A stretch of 64,000 nt of DNA, from positions 2,464,001 to 2,528,000 of the forward strand of contig OZ241841.1 of the NCBI GenBank assembly GCA_965202665.1, read 5' to 3'. Both the position numbers and the translations under genes were made by a program. Below, piece after piece: positions 37,962 to 48,010 of this stretch (the first letter of the stretch is position 1; every line of letters begins with the position of its first letter). The notes under the pieces are model-generated. The model did not search any database and was not told the DNA's origin. It saw only the letters and a list, made by a program, of their open reading frames with translations. The DNA comes from Candidatus Spongiisociaceae bacterium. GTDB taxonomy: Bacteria; Actinomycetota; Acidimicrobiia; Spongiisociales; Spongiisociaceae.

Positions 37962-38692
37962 ACCGGACGGCGCTGGTGACCGGAGGCTCGCGGGGCATAG
38001 GGAGGGCGGCGTGCCTGGAACTGGCCCGCCGCGGGAACCGGGTGGCGGTGAATTTCGCCCGCTGTTCCGAGGCGGCCCGGGCGGTGGTGGACGAGATCGC
38101 AACCGGCGGGGGGGAGGCGGCTTCGTTCCAGGCCGATGTGAGCGACCCCGGCCAGGTGCGGGAACTGTTCGCCGGGGTGGAACGGGCGTGGGGGCCGGTG
38201 GAGATTTTGGTCAACAACGCCGGGGTGACCGACGACGGCCTGCTGTTGCGCATGGGAGAGGATTCCTGGCGGCGGGTGCTGGAAGTGAACCTCACTTCGG
38301 CTTTTCTGTGCAGCAAGGCGGCGTTGCGGGAGATGGTGCGGGCCCGTTGGGGGCGGATCGTCTGCGTAAGTTCGGTGGCCGGGTTGGCCGGCAACCCCGG
38401 CCAGGCCAACTACGCGGCCGCCAAGGCGGGGATGATCGGCTTCGCCAAATCCTTGGCTAAAGAGGTCGGCTCCCGGCGGATTACGGTCAACGCGGTGGCC
38501 CCCGGTTTCATAGCCACCGACATGACCGCCGGGCTGGAGGGGGCGGCTGAGGAGGGGGCCCGCGCCAACGCCAGCCTGGGGCGCATCGGCCTGCCGGAGG
38601 AGGTGGCGGCTGCGGTAGGGTTTCTCACCTCGGAAGAGGCGTCTTACGTGACCGGACAGGTGTTGCGGGTGGACGGCGGGTTGGCCGTCTGA
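37958..38692 (+). CDS. fabG: 3-oxoacyl-ACP reductase
   Basis: 'TGGSRGIG', 'NNAG', 'GQANYAAAK'; position in fab operon. Confidence 0.93.
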   Translation: MNRTALVTGGSRGIGRAACLELARRGNRVAVNFARCSEAARAVVDEIATGGGEAASFQADVSDPGQVRELFAGVERAWGPVEILVNNAGVTDDGLLLRMGEDSWRRVLEVNLTSAFLCSKAALREMVRARWGRIVCVSSVAGLAGNPGQANYAAAKAGMIGFAKSLAKEVGSRRITVNAVAPGFIATDMTAGLEGAAEEGARANASLGRIGLPEEVAAAVGFLTSEEASYVTGQVLRVDGGLAV

Positions 38693-38748
38693 CCGCCGCA
38701 AAATCGTACATCCAACCCGACGGGAAAATCGAACAAAGGAGAACGAAG

Positions 38749-38997
38749 ATGGACAGGGCGCAGGTACAGGCCGACATCAAGGATCTGTTGGTGGAGGAGT
38801 TGGCGCTGGACGCCGACAAGATCCACGACGGGGCCGGCTTCGAGGAGGATCTGGAAGTGGACTCCTTGGGGGTGGTGGAGCTGCTCATGGCCTTGGAGGA
38901 CAAGTTCGGGGTGAGCATCCCCGACGAGGAAGCCGAGTCCATCACCACGGTGGGCGAAGCGGTGGATCTGGTCCACAAGAAGGTTTCCGAGTCTTAG
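38749..38997 (+). CDS. acpP: Acyl carrier protein
   Basis: 'DLEVDSLGVVEL' phosphopantetheine motif. Confidence 0.95.
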   Translation: MDRAQVQADIKDLLVEELALDADKIHDGAGFEEDLEVDSLGVVELLMALEDKFGVSIPDEEAESITTVGEAVDLVHKKVSES

Positions 38998-39030
38998 CGG
39001 CCGCCGCGGGCGGGCAGGCGGAGCCGTTAG

Positions 39031-40278
39031 ATGCGCAACGGCGGACGGCGGGTGGTGGTGACCGGCATGGGCGCCGTCACCTCCCTGGGTCATGACATCC
39101 CCGACACTTGGGCGGGGGTGCGGGACGGGCGTTCCGGCATCAGGCCCATAACCCAGTTCGACACTTCGACGGTGGCCACCCACTTCGGGGGGGAGGTGCA
39201 GGGCTGGGATGCGGAGTCGGTCATTCCCCGCCGGGAGGCCCGTCGCATGGACCGGTTCGCCCAGTTTTTCATCGGCGCCGCCCAACAGGCATTCGACGAC
39301 GCCGGGCTGGTTTTCGAGGAGGAGGCGGAGGCGGAACGGGCGGGGGCCGTCATCGGTTCCGGCCTGGGGGGGATGCTGTCCTTCGACCAGCAGTTGCGGG
39401 TGATGTGGGAGCGGGGCCCGGACCGGCTGAGCCCGTTGGCGGTGACGATGATCATCCCCAATGAAGCGGCCGGTTTGGCTTCCATGCGTTTCAACCTGCG
39501 GGGTCCGGTGACCTGCGTGGTGACCGCCTGCGCAGCCTCCGCCAACGCCATCGGGGACGGGGCGGAGATCATCCGGCGGGGGGCGGCGGATGTGATGCTG
39601 GCCGGAGGGGGGGAGGCCACCCTGTGCGAATTCGGGATCGGTTCTTTCAACAAAAGCAAGGCCCTGAGCACCCGCAACGAAGATCCGCAGGGGGCGTCCC
39701 GGCCGTTCGACCTGCACCGGGACGGGTTCGTAATGTCGGAGGGTTCGGCCTGCCTGGTGTTGGAGGAACGGGAGCGGGCGCGGGAACGGGGGGCCCGTAT
39801 TTACGGGGAGGTGCTCGGCTACGGGATGACCTCCGACGCCTATCACGTGACTTTGCCGCGACCGGGCGGGGCGGGGGCGGCGCAGGCGATGACCGCCGCC
39901 CTGCGGGACGCCGGGTTGCCGCCGGAGCGGATTGATTACATCAACGCCCATGGGACTTCCACCAAAGCCAACGACGCCACCGAGACGCAGGCCATCAAGA
40001 CGGCCCTGGGGGAAGCGGCCGCCGCGGTGCCGGTTTCCTCCACCAAATCCATGACCGGCCATCTGCTGGGCGGGGCGGGGGCTTTGGAGTCCATCTTTTG
40101 CCTGCTGGCCATGCGGGACGGGATTCTGCCGCCCACTATCAACTATTCAACCCCCGACCCGGAATGCGATTTGGATTACGTTCCCAACCAGGCCCGCCCG
40201 GCCCGGGTGGAATACGCCATGACCAACTCTTTCGGTTTCGGCGGCCACAACGTTTGCCTGGTCTTCGGCCCCGCCTGA
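39031..40278 (+). CDS. fabF: 3-oxoacyl-ACP synthase II
   Basis: 'TACAAS', 'NAHGTST', 'KSMTGHLLG', 'NSFGFGG'. Confidence 0.95.
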   Translation: MRNGGRRVVVTGMGAVTSLGHDIPDTWAGVRDGRSGIRPITQFDTSTVATHFGGEVQGWDAESVIPRREARRMDRFAQFFIGAAQQAFDDAGLVFEEEAEAERAGAVIGSGLGGMLSFDQQLRVMWERGPDRLSPLAVTMIIPNEAAGLASMRFNLRGPVTCVVTACAASANAIGDGAEIIRRGAADVMLAGGGEATLCEFGIGSFNKSKALSTRNEDPQGASRPFDLHRDGFVMSEGSACLVLEERERARERGARIYGEVLGYGMTSDAYHVTLPRPGGAGAAQAMTAALRDAGLPPERIDYINAHGTSTKANDATETQAIKTALGEAAAAVPVSSTKSMTGHLLGGAGALESIFCLLAMRDGILPPTINYSTPDPECDLDYVPNQARPARVEYAMTNSFGFGGHNVCLVFGPA

Positions 40279-40567
40279 GCCCCCCGCATAGGTTTATCAC
40301 CGGCGGCGCACCCCGCCCAACTATCTAACTGTACATGGCCGGCAGGTTGGTTACCGTCTGTTGGGTTGGGGGTTTGCTTCCGAGGCGGTAGCGGGGTCGG
40401 TGGTTATGTGGTAGCGGAGCCAGTGGTTGAGGACTTGGTTTGGGATTTGGTTGTATCCCGCCGTGGGTATTTGGCGCGAAACAAAGGCGGCAATCCCGGC
40501 GTCATAGGGATGGCCGTTTGACTGCGTTGCGCGGTGCCCCGCCCGGAACCCCCGGCAACCGAAACTC

Positions 40568-40813
40568 TTACTCCTCGTGCTCCCCGGCTCCCCCGTACTT
40601 GGTTTGCCGCCATTCGGCTAGGGAGCGGTGGGCCAGGGCGGTCACCACCCCCACTCCGATCGCGGCCGTCAAGCCGGAGGCCAGCCCGATGAAAAACACC
40701 CCCGCCCCGGCGCAGGAACCGGCGCAACCGGCCCGGGCCACCACCCCCCCTATGAATCCCCCCACCACCCCGGCGGCGATCACCGGAATGAAAAAAGACA
40801 GGCGGATTCTCAT
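40568..40813 (-). CDS. Small membrane protein
   Basis: Two hydrophobic segments; ATGA coupling with upstream ORF. Confidence 0.55.
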   Translation of the reverse strand: MRIRLSFFIPVIAAGVVGGFIGGVVARAGCAGSCAGAGVFFIGLASGLTAAIGVGVVTALAHRSLAEWRQTKYGGAGEHEE

Positions 40814-41574
40814 TGCGGGCCGTCTTTCCGCCGGCGGCCCCTACGGTCGAACCCGGCTGAGTCCAACAACGCCGGGGGAACCACTTCCGGGAGGACGGAC
40901 ACCGCCTCCGCCCGCCGGGGCGGCGGGCGCTCCGCGGCCAGACGGGCGTCCCGGCTCCAAGCTATTGCCGTCAACCCGGCGCAGACGACGGCCAGCCCCG
41001 CCCCCGCCGCCGTATGCAGGCCGATGGCCGCGGCCAGGCCCAAAGGGAGCAGACCCAGGCGGACCGCCCACAGCGCCCCCGGCAGGGCCCGGGCGTAGGC
41101 CCAGGCGGCCAGCGCGCCCCCTGCGGCCAAAACCCACCCCGGCGGGGTGACCCCCGGAACCGCCAAAGCCCCGGTCGCCCCGGGCAGGGCCGCCAAGCCG
41201 AGGACCAGAACCGAGGCCCGGGGGGGCACCCGATCCGGTTTGACGTTGCGCAGCCATCCGTCCAGCGGGCGGGTCCAGAGCAGAACCATCCCGGCCGCCC
41301 CGGCCGCCATGCCCAGCCACCACCACCAGTCGGTTTCCATGGCGATCGCCAGCGCCCCCCAAACCCCTCCCAGCGCCGAGGCCAGAACCCGAACCCACCG
41401 GCCGGGGGAGAGCAACAGGGCCACCGCCGGGATGGCCGCCAACGCCGCCAAGTCGGCCGCCACCAGGAAAGTCCCCCCACCCCCCCAAAGGGAACCGGCG
41501 AACAACAGGCGCAAAGGCCAGATCAGGCCGGCGGCGGTCAGCAGGCCGGCGGCGGCGCACACCGTACGGGGCAT
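40810..41574 (-). CDS. Multi-pass membrane protein, unknown function
   Basis: Multiple hydrophobic helices; start at ATG 41574 inferred. Confidence 0.55.
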   Translation of the reverse strand: MPRTVCAAAGLLTAAGLIWPLRLLFAGSLWGGGGTFLVAADLAALAAIPAVALLLSPGRWVRVLASALGGVWGALAIAMETDWWWWLGMAAGAAGMVLLWTRPLDGWLRNVKPDRVPPRASVLVLGLAALPGATGALAVPGVTPPGWVLAAGGALAAWAYARALPGALWAVRLGLLPLGLAAAIGLHTAAGAGLAVVCAGLTAIAWSRDARLAAERPPPRRAEAVSVLPEVVPPALLDSAGFDRRGRRRKDGPQ

Positions 41575-41668
41575 GGTCTTATTATGCCCGATCAACGCCC
41601 GATCAATGCCCTGAGCGACGCCCCGGTTCGGTCGGTGAGAAGAAAGACCGGCTCCGCCCCGGCCTTGA

Positions 41669-42235
41669 ATGGTTACCATCCGGGAGATGGAATCCGATAG
41701 GCCGGAAGTCGGGAAATGGCCGGGCGAGGCGGTGTTCTGCTCCCAATGCGGAACCCGTTTGCGCCGCCGCCTGCTGTACGGGCGGGAGCGGGGATGGTGT
41801 CCGCAGTGCGGACGGATCGACTTTCGGGCCCCGCAGGTGGGGGTGGCGGCGCTGGTGCGGGACGAGCGGGGCCGGGTGCTGATGGTGAAACGGGGCCCGG
41901 AGGCCACTCAGCCCGGCAAATGGTCCCTACCGGCCGGGTTTATGGACTACGGCGAGGGGATGCGGGAGGCTGCCGCCCGGGAACTGCGGGAGGAAACCGG
42001 TTTGGAGGCGGAGATGGGCGATCCGGTCCACGCCGCCGCCAACTTTCACGATCCGGAGAAACTGAGCGTGTGCATCTGGTTCGCCGCCGCCGTGATCGGC
42101 GGGGAGTTGGCGGCCGGTTCGGACGCGGCGGACGCGGGATGGTTCCCCCCCGACGATCCCCCTGAGTTGGCTTTCGAAACCGACGCCGCCCTCCTCCGGC
42201 GGATAACGGAGGATGGCAAAGACCGGGAAGGCTGA
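41669..42235 (+). CDS. NUDIX hydrolase with N-terminal Zn ribbon
   Basis: 'FCSQCG...CPQCG' and Nudix box 'GEGMREAAARELREETG'. Confidence 0.9.
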   Translation: MVTIREMESDRPEVGKWPGEAVFCSQCGTRLRRRLLYGRERGWCPQCGRIDFRAPQVGVAALVRDERGRVLMVKRGPEATQPGKWSLPAGFMDYGEGMREAAARELREETGLEAEMGDPVHAAANFHDPEKLSVCIWFAAAVIGGELAAGSDAADAGWFPPDDPPELAFETDAALLRRITEDGKDREG

Positions 42236-42381
42236 GCGGCGCCGGGTAGGCGCCCAGTCGGCATCCGATAGAGTAAAATATCCAAAGTAAAACAATCGGC
42301 GGGCATTCACCTAGGGCCGGAGGGTTGGGTGTGGCGAAAGTAGCGCAAGTAGCGCAACCATTGGACAACGGGTTTCATCCG

Positions 42382-43068
42382 ATGATGACCTTGCACACCT
42401 ATTCCATTGCGGAGGCGGCGCGGTTGATCAGCGTTCCCCGCACCACCCTGCATGGTTGGACGCAACCCCGTAGCGACGCCCGGGGGGAGTGGGGCCCGCT
42501 GGTGGAGCGCGTTCCCGGCCAGCGCGCCCTGTCTTTTGTTTCGTTGGCGGAGGCCTTTGTACTGGCGGCGGTGCGGGCGGCCGGAGTTTCCCCGCAGATC
42601 ATTCGTCCGGCGGTGGAAAAGTTGCGGGAGGAGATCGGTTTGGAGTACGCCCTGGCCTCCCGGAGGATGTTCACCGACGGGGCGGAGTTGCTCCATGAGT
42701 TTGCGGGAGATTCCCGGATCAGGCGGGCGGTGGGGCGGTTGACGGCGGTACGCAACGGGCGATGCGCGTTCCGGCCGGTGGCGGCGGGTTATCTGCAACG
42801 GCTGGTATATGAAGGGGGACGCGTCTCCAAAATCCGCCTGGAAACGCCCGGCGCGGCGATAATCCCGGGGGTTGGATCCGGCAGGCCGGTTTTTGAGGCC
42901 GCCTCTTGCTTGGTGGAAGTGGTGCTGTACCACTATGACGGCGGGGATGCGGTGGAGCAGCTGGTGGAGGACTTTCGGGTGCCCGCCGAATGCATCCAAG
43001 CGGTTATCGAACAGAGGCCCGCGTGGGCGGAGATGAGCGACCGCGCCAAGATCAGAAAAGCCGCCTGA
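42382..43068 (+). CDS. HTH + DUF433-type antitoxin-like protein
   Basis: 'YSIAEAARLISVPRTTLHGW', 'LSFVSLAEA', 'GSGRPVF','VEDFRVP'. Confidence 0.7.
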   Translation: MMTLHTYSIAEAARLISVPRTTLHGWTQPRSDARGEWGPLVERVPGQRALSFVSLAEAFVLAAVRAAGVSPQIIRPAVEKLREEIGLEYALASRRMFTDGAELLHEFAGDSRIRRAVGRLTAVRNGRCAFRPVAAGYLQRLVYEGGRVSKIRLETPGAAIIPGVGSGRPVFEAASCLVEVVLYHYDGGDAVEQLVEDFRVPAECIQAVIEQRPAWAEMSDRAKIRKAA

Positions 43069-43078
43069 AAGGAGGGGG

Positions 43079-43699
43079 TCAGGCGGGGGTTATGCGGGCC
43101 GTTTCCCGCCACGGCTCGCCCGCCTGCAGCCCCTCCTCGTCCGGGGGGACCAGGGTGATGATTTCGGCGTGCTCCGGTTTCTCGTCCCAGAACCCTTCCA
43201 GCGGGCGGCCGGTCAGCGACAGGCGGGCGGCCTGCAGGGGATCCTGGTGGGAAACCACCGCCACCTCCTGTCCGGCGGGACGGCCCGCGAGCAGGGCGGT
43301 GACGGCGCGCTTCATGCGGTCCGCCAAAGCGGTGAGCGACTCCGGGGAGAAATCCATCTGCAGGGGATTGGTTAGATAGGCGCGCAACTCGCCGGGGCGC
43401 GCCTCCTCCAAATCCTCCCAGCGCAGGCCGCGCCAGCGGGCCAGCAAACCCCATTCGCCCAGTTCGGGCAGGATGTGCAGCGACAGGCCGGCCCGCCCGG
43501 AAATGACGGAGGCGGTTTGCAGGGCCCGCCGCAACGGGGAGGAGTACACCGCCGCCAACGGGCGGTCCGCCAGATGGGAAGCGGCCGCTTCGGCTTGGCG
43601 CCGGCCCCGTTCGCTTAGCCCGAAGCCGGGCAGGTCGGCGTACACCACCCCTTGCGGATTTTCCACCTCCCCGTGCCGTATCAGATGGCAGGAGGACAT
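43079..43699 (-). CDS. Histidine phosphatase family protein
   Basis: 'LIRHGE', 'SSPLRRA', 'VSHQ'. Confidence 0.9.
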   Translation of the reverse strand: MSSCHLIRHGEVENPQGVVYADLPGFGLSERGRRQAEAAASHLADRPLAAVYSSPLRRALQTASVISGRAGLSLHILPELGEWGLLARWRGLRWEDLEEARPGELRAYLTNPLQMDFSPESLTALADRMKRAVTALLAGRPAGQEVAVVSHQDPLQAARLSLTGRPLEGFWDEKPEHAEIITLVPPDEEGLQAGEPWRETARITPA

Positions 43700-43758
43700 G
43701 CCGCCAGGGTAGCCGTCCGGGGGTGTTTCGTCGCAGGGGGCGGCTAGGTTGGCGGATT

Positions 43759-44982
43759 ATGGACGGGCCGCGCATCGCAGAACCGAAACTGCATGTGGAC
43801 ATGGACGCCTTTTTCGTGGAGGTGGAACGGTTGGACGACCCTTCCCTGCGGGGGTTGCCGGTGGCGGTCGGGGGGGACGGCCCGCGGGGGGTGGTGGCCT
43901 CCGCCTCCTATGAGGCCCGGGCCCGCGGGGTGCGGTCGGCCCTGCCCATGTCGCGGGCCAAACGGATGTGCCCCGAGATGGTGGTGGTTCCCGGCCGCCA
44001 CCGCCGCTACGCGGAGGTCTCCGAGCGGGTGTTCGCCGTGTTCCGGGATTTCACCCCGCTGGTGCAGGGGCTGTCCTTGGACGAGGCTTTTTTGGACGTG
44101 GGCGGGTTGCGCTACCACTACCGGGACGCCCGGCGGGCGGCCGAGGCCATCCGGGCCCGCATTTTGGACGAGACCGGCCTGCCCGCCTCGGTGGGGGCGG
44201 CCACCGTCCTTTTCCTGGCCAAAATGGCCTCCGGGATGGCCAAACCGGACGGCGTGTACGTGGTGGCGGCCGGAACCGAGGCGGAGTTTCTGCGCGACCT
44301 GCCGGTGCGCAAGTTGTGGGGGGTGGGCGAATCCACCGGGGCGGAACTGGCGAAAATGGGCATCGCAACGGTGGGCGACCTGGCCCGCACCCCGCTTCCC
44401 GTTCTGCGGGGGCGGCTGGGCGATGCGGCGGGCGTACGCCTGCATGATCTGGCGCACGGCGTCGATCCCCGGCAGGTGGAGGTTTCCTCCTCCGCCAAGT
44501 CGGTGTCCGCCGAAGAGACCTACCAAGCCGACATTTCCGACCGCCCCGCCCTGGAAACGGAACTGCTGCGCTTGGCCGACCGGGTTTCCCACCGGTTGCG
44601 ATCCTCCGGCCTGTCGGGCCGCACCGTTTCCGTCAAGGTTCGCTTCTCCGACTTCTCCACCGTTACCCGCTCCGAAACTTTGGACGGCCCCGTCGACCTG
44701 ACCCGGATTATCTACCGCAGCGCCCTCCGCCTGCTGGACAGGGCCGGCGCCGGGGGCCGCCCGGTGCGGTTGCTGGGGGTGGGGGTGAGCGGCCTGACCG
44801 GGGAGGCTCAACCGGGAAAACCGGAGCAGCCGACGCTGGAGGAAGCGGACGGGCGGGCGGGGCGCTGGGATGATCTGGCCGAGGCGGTGGACGGGGCCCG
44901 TCGCCGGTTCGGGGCCGGGGCTTTGCGTCCCGCCCGCCTCGGCTCCGCCGACGGCGCGCCTAAAAAAACAAATCGCATATAA
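43759..44982 (+). CDS. dinB: DNA polymerase IV
   Basis: 'HVDMDAFF', 'SYEAR', 'SLDEAFLD'. Confidence 0.95.
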   Translation: MDGPRIAEPKLHVDMDAFFVEVERLDDPSLRGLPVAVGGDGPRGVVASASYEARARGVRSALPMSRAKRMCPEMVVVPGRHRRYAEVSERVFAVFRDFTPLVQGLSLDEAFLDVGGLRYHYRDARRAAEAIRARILDETGLPASVGAATVLFLAKMASGMAKPDGVYVVAAGTEAEFLRDLPVRKLWGVGESTGAELAKMGIATVGDLARTPLPVLRGRLGDAAGVRLHDLAHGVDPRQVEVSSSAKSVSAEETYQADISDRPALETELLRLADRVSHRLRSSGLSGRTVSVKVRFSDFSTVTRSETLDGPVDLTRIIYRSALRLLDRAGAGGRPVRLLGVGVSGLTGEAQPGKPEQPTLEEADGRAGRWDDLAEAVDGARRRFGAGALRPARLGSADGAPKKTNRI

Positions 44983-45019
44983 TGGGCGCGCGGGCAAAGC
45001 GGAACGATGGAGCGGCGGT

Positions 45020-45346
45020 ATGGCCCTGAGCGAGCGCGAACGGAAAATTCTCGACGAAATTGAACGTCAGTTCAAAAAGGAAGGTCCCGAGATAACGGAC
45101 GAGATCTCGGACTACGCCTCCTTTTCCCACCGTTGGATACGCTTTTCGGTGTTGGGAACGGTAGCGGGCGTGTTGCTTCTGGGCACCTACTTTTTCAGCC
45201 GCGAGCTGGCCCTGCTGGGTTTCGGGGTAACGGTGGCGTCGGTCAGCGCCTTGGTGTCCCTCATCCGCCGGGAGCGACAGCGGGCCGCCGGCCGGGACGG
45301 CCTCAAATACGATCCAAGATTTATCCGCCGTTTTTTTCACAGCTGA
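45020..45346 (+). CDS. DUF3040-like small membrane protein
   Basis: 'MALSERERKILDEIERQF' plus two TM helices. Confidence 0.65.
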   Translation: MALSERERKILDEIERQFKKEGPEITDEISDYASFSHRWIRFSVLGTVAGVLLLGTYFFSRELALLGFGVTVASVSALVSLIRRERQRAAGRDGLKYDPRFIRRFFHS

Positions 45347-45505
45347 TTTTTCTTGACTACGATTGCCGTCTGTAGGCGGAGCAAGCGGACGAGATGGCGA
45401 GCCATCCACCTCCCCGTTCGGATACCCTGGAGTTGTTGCGCTCCTCCTGCCGACACCCCGACGGAAGGGCGGGCGGGTGCGCCCCCAGGATGCCAGGAGT
45501 AAGGT

Positions 45506-46012
45506 TTGCCACAAGGATTCACCGCCGGCCAAGCGTCCCGGCTGACGAACTGCACGGAGCACCAGCTCCGCTACTGGGACCAAGTGGGGTTGCTGGAGCC
45601 GTCGGTGCAGGCCACCGGCGGCCGGGCGGGCAAGCGCCGCCTGTATTCGTTCCAGGATTTGGTGGCCCTGCGGGTGGTGCGCAGCCTCTTGGACAGCGGG
45701 ATGTCGCTGCAACGGGTGCGCCGGGCCTGGGAGTACCTGCGCCGGCACGGCGACATGGACCGCCACCTGGGGGAGCTGACTTTGATCACCGACGGGGTCA
45801 CCATTTTCCATCTGGGCGATGACGACCAGGTGCTGGACGCGTTGCGCAACGGCCAGTTGGCCTTCCTGGTGGAGGTGGGGAAGGTGGCCCGGCAAGTGGA
45901 GGAGGACGTGACCCGGTTCGAACTGGACCGGGAACGGTTTCTGGAGTTTCTGCGCAGCGGGGAGGAGGATGTCCGCAGTCAGCGGCGCGGGCGGCGGGCG
46001 GCGGGCGGTTAA
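45506..46012 (+). CDS. MerR-family transcriptional regulator
   Basis: 'QLRYWD..GLL.PS', 'RLYSFQDL..LRVV.SLLDSG.SLQ'. Confidence 0.88.
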   Translation: MPQGFTAGQASRLTNCTEHQLRYWDQVGLLEPSVQATGGRAGKRRLYSFQDLVALRVVRSLLDSGMSLQRVRRAWEYLRRHGDMDRHLGELTLITDGVTIFHLGDDDQVLDALRNGQLAFLVEVGKVARQVEEDVTRFELDRERFLEFLRSGEEDVRSQRRGRRAAGG

Positions 46013-46048
46013 CGTCCTCCGGGCCGCTCGGCGCGGGCCGGACGGCCC

Positions 46049-46297
46049 GTGACCGGGATCGTGTGGCGGGTGTTGTTGCGCCGGCCCGGCCTGGCGGCGG
46101 AGGCGGCGCGCTTGGCGGCGGCGGCCGCTCCCCGCGGTTGGTTCCGCCGCCCCCCTTTTCTGCCCATCCCGGATCCCGAGTATCTCCGGTGGCGAATGGC
46201 CGCCGCCTACGGCCGCCCCGACCGGAAACCGACCGTTCGGGAAATGGAAGATTTTTTGGTTTGGCGGCGGCGGTTGCGCCGCGCCCGCGCCCGGTGA
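46049..46297 (+). CDS. Small conserved hypothetical protein
   Basis: 'PRGWFRRPPFLPIPDPEYLRWRM..AYG' actinobacterial-type motif. Confidence 0.55.
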   Translation: MTGIVWRVLLRRPGLAAEAARLAAAAAPRGWFRRPPFLPIPDPEYLRWRMAAAYGRPDRKPTVREMEDFLVWRRRLRRARAR

Positions 46298-46393
46298 AAC
46301 GGGGGGATGGTTTCCGCTCCGCGCCGGGCTTGGTAAGGTTAGGGACGCGCCCGGCGGCAACCGCCGGGCGCGATAGGGAAAAAGGAAAGGAAA

Positions 46394-46900
46394 ATGGCCG
46401 AACGGGCGCTGGTCCTCAACGCAACCTATGAACCGCTGTCCATTGTCAGCAGCCGCCGGGCCGTCGTGCTGGTGTTGCGCGACAAGGCGGACACGGTGGC
46501 CCCCGCCGATGTCACCTGGCGCACCGCCGACCGGACTTTCGAGGTGCCGTCGGTGGTGCGGTTGCGCAACTACGTGAAGGTGCCGTACAACCGCCGCGTT
46601 CCCCTTACCCGAACCGCGGTGTTCGCCCGCGACGGTCACCGTTGCCAGTATTGCCGGGCCCCCGCCGAGAGTTTGGACCATGTGGTGCCCAAGGCCAACG
46701 GCGGTGAGCACAGCTGGGAGAACGTGGTGGCCTGTTGCCGCCGGTGCAACATGCGCAAAGGCGACCGGTTGCCGCACGAGGCGGGGCTGAAACTGACCCG
46801 CACCCCTTCCACACCCAACTATCAGGGCTGGCTGTACGCCGCTTTGGGACGAAGCCGCGATCCGCGCTGGGTCCCCTACCTGCTGGCCGAACCCGCCTGA
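46394..46900 (+). CDS. HNH endonuclease
   Basis: 'LVLNATYEPL', 'RDGHRCQYC...DHVVP...GG...WENVV.CC..CN..K'. Confidence 0.9.
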   Translation: MAERALVLNATYEPLSIVSSRRAVVLVLRDKADTVAPADVTWRTADRTFEVPSVVRLRNYVKVPYNRRVPLTRTAVFARDGHRCQYCRAPAESLDHVVPKANGGEHSWENVVACCRRCNMRKGDRLPHEAGLKLTRTPSTPNYQGWLYAALGRSRDPRWVPYLLAEPA

Positions 46901-46981
46901 CCCCGCCGGGCGGGGCAGCGAGCGCAGGGGGTAAGATAACGGGGTTCCGGGAAATATTCCGGGAAGCGATGGAGGTAAAGC

Positions 46982-47554
46982 ATGGCCGTAGAATCGATGA
47001 TGTTGCCGCTGGGCACGCCCGCCCCCGATTTTGACCTGTTGGACACGGTGAGCGGGAAGCGGATGCGCTTGGCCGATTTTGCGGAGGCCAAGGCCCTGGT
47101 GGTGATGTTCATATGCAACCACTGTCCGTACGTGATCCATCTCCGGGAGGGCTTGGCGGAGTTCGGCCGGGACTACGCCGGAGGGGAGGCGGCGGTGGCG
47201 GCCGTCAGCTCCAACGACGCCGACGGCTACCCGGACGACGCCCCCGATCGGCTGGGGGAGGTAGCGCGGGAGGTCGGATACCCCTTCCCGGTGCTGTACG
47301 ACGAAACGCAGGAGGTTGCCTTGGCCTACAAAGCGGCCTGCACCCCCGACTTCTACCTGTTCGACGCCGACCGGAAGCTGGCCTACCGGGGCCGGTTCGA
47401 CGGCTCCCGCCCCAATTCGGGGGTTCCGGTCACCGGCTCCGATCTGCGGGCGGCGGTGGACGCCGTTTTAGCCGGCGAACCGGTAACAGACCGGCAGTCG
47501 CCTTCCATGGGTTGCTCCATAAAATGGCGCCCCGGCGTAGACCCCGGCTACTAG
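46982..47554 (+). CDS. Thioredoxin/AhpC-TSA family redoxin
   Basis: 'CNHCPYV', 'AACTPDF', 'SMGCSIKW'. Confidence 0.9.
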   Translation: MAVESMMLPLGTPAPDFDLLDTVSGKRMRLADFAEAKALVVMFICNHCPYVIHLREGLAEFGRDYAGGEAAVAAVSSNDADGYPDDAPDRLGEVAREVGYPFPVLYDETQEVALAYKAACTPDFYLFDADRKLAYRGRFDGSRPNSGVPVTGSDLRAAVDAVLAGEPVTDRQSPSMGCSIKWRPGVDPGY

Positions 47555-47760
47555 GCCAGACCAGGTAAATCCGAGCCGGATACCGCCCGTAGCGGGGGGG
47601 AGGGGCACTCTGGGCCGTTCAAGTAAGAATGCGACCCCCTGTCCCGACCGTTTACGGGTATCGTCCATCCATGCCCGCAATTATTAGCGGAACGCCCGTA
47701 CCGACGCGCAACCCGACGGGTTGTCCGGGCTTAATTTGAACCCCCTTTTTTTTTGGGGTA

Positions 47761-48010
47761 GGGGAAGCGTTTTCAAGAACGCGAAAGAATTACTTAGCCT
47801 CGCTTGCCTCCAAATTTGGCTTCTACCAGGTATTTTGCCGGCCCGTTACGTGAACCCCCCGACGACCCCCTTGTCCGGGTCGGATTTTCTGGGTATGTTG
47901 TGGGCGGGTGGGAGGGGGGTGGGTGGGCCCCGAGTTAAGAAATTTTTCGGGAACGCGAAAAAAATGCTTAGCGGGGGGAGTGGCGTAGTGTCGGAATCGG
48001 GGGGGGGGGG
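47761..48010. repeat. ~250-bp non-coding direct repeat, copy 1
   Basis: Colinear with 49489..49713 (e.g. gaagcgttttcaagaacgcgaaagaattactt; gcttgcctccaaatttggcttctaccag; gaacgcgaaaaaaatgcttagcggggggagtggcgt). Confidence 0.9.

Noticed and set aside
35847-40278. Type II polyketide cluster
   Set aside because: Canonical fabD-fabH-fabG-acpP-fabF with no chain-length factor or tailoring genes
45347-45505. Riboswitch upstream of the MerR regulator
   Set aside because: GC-rich and foldable, but I recognise no riboswitch consensus
46394-46900. HNH gene as defence or mobile nuclease
   Set aside because: Common housekeeping-context actinobacterial HNH family with host-like GC and no partner genes
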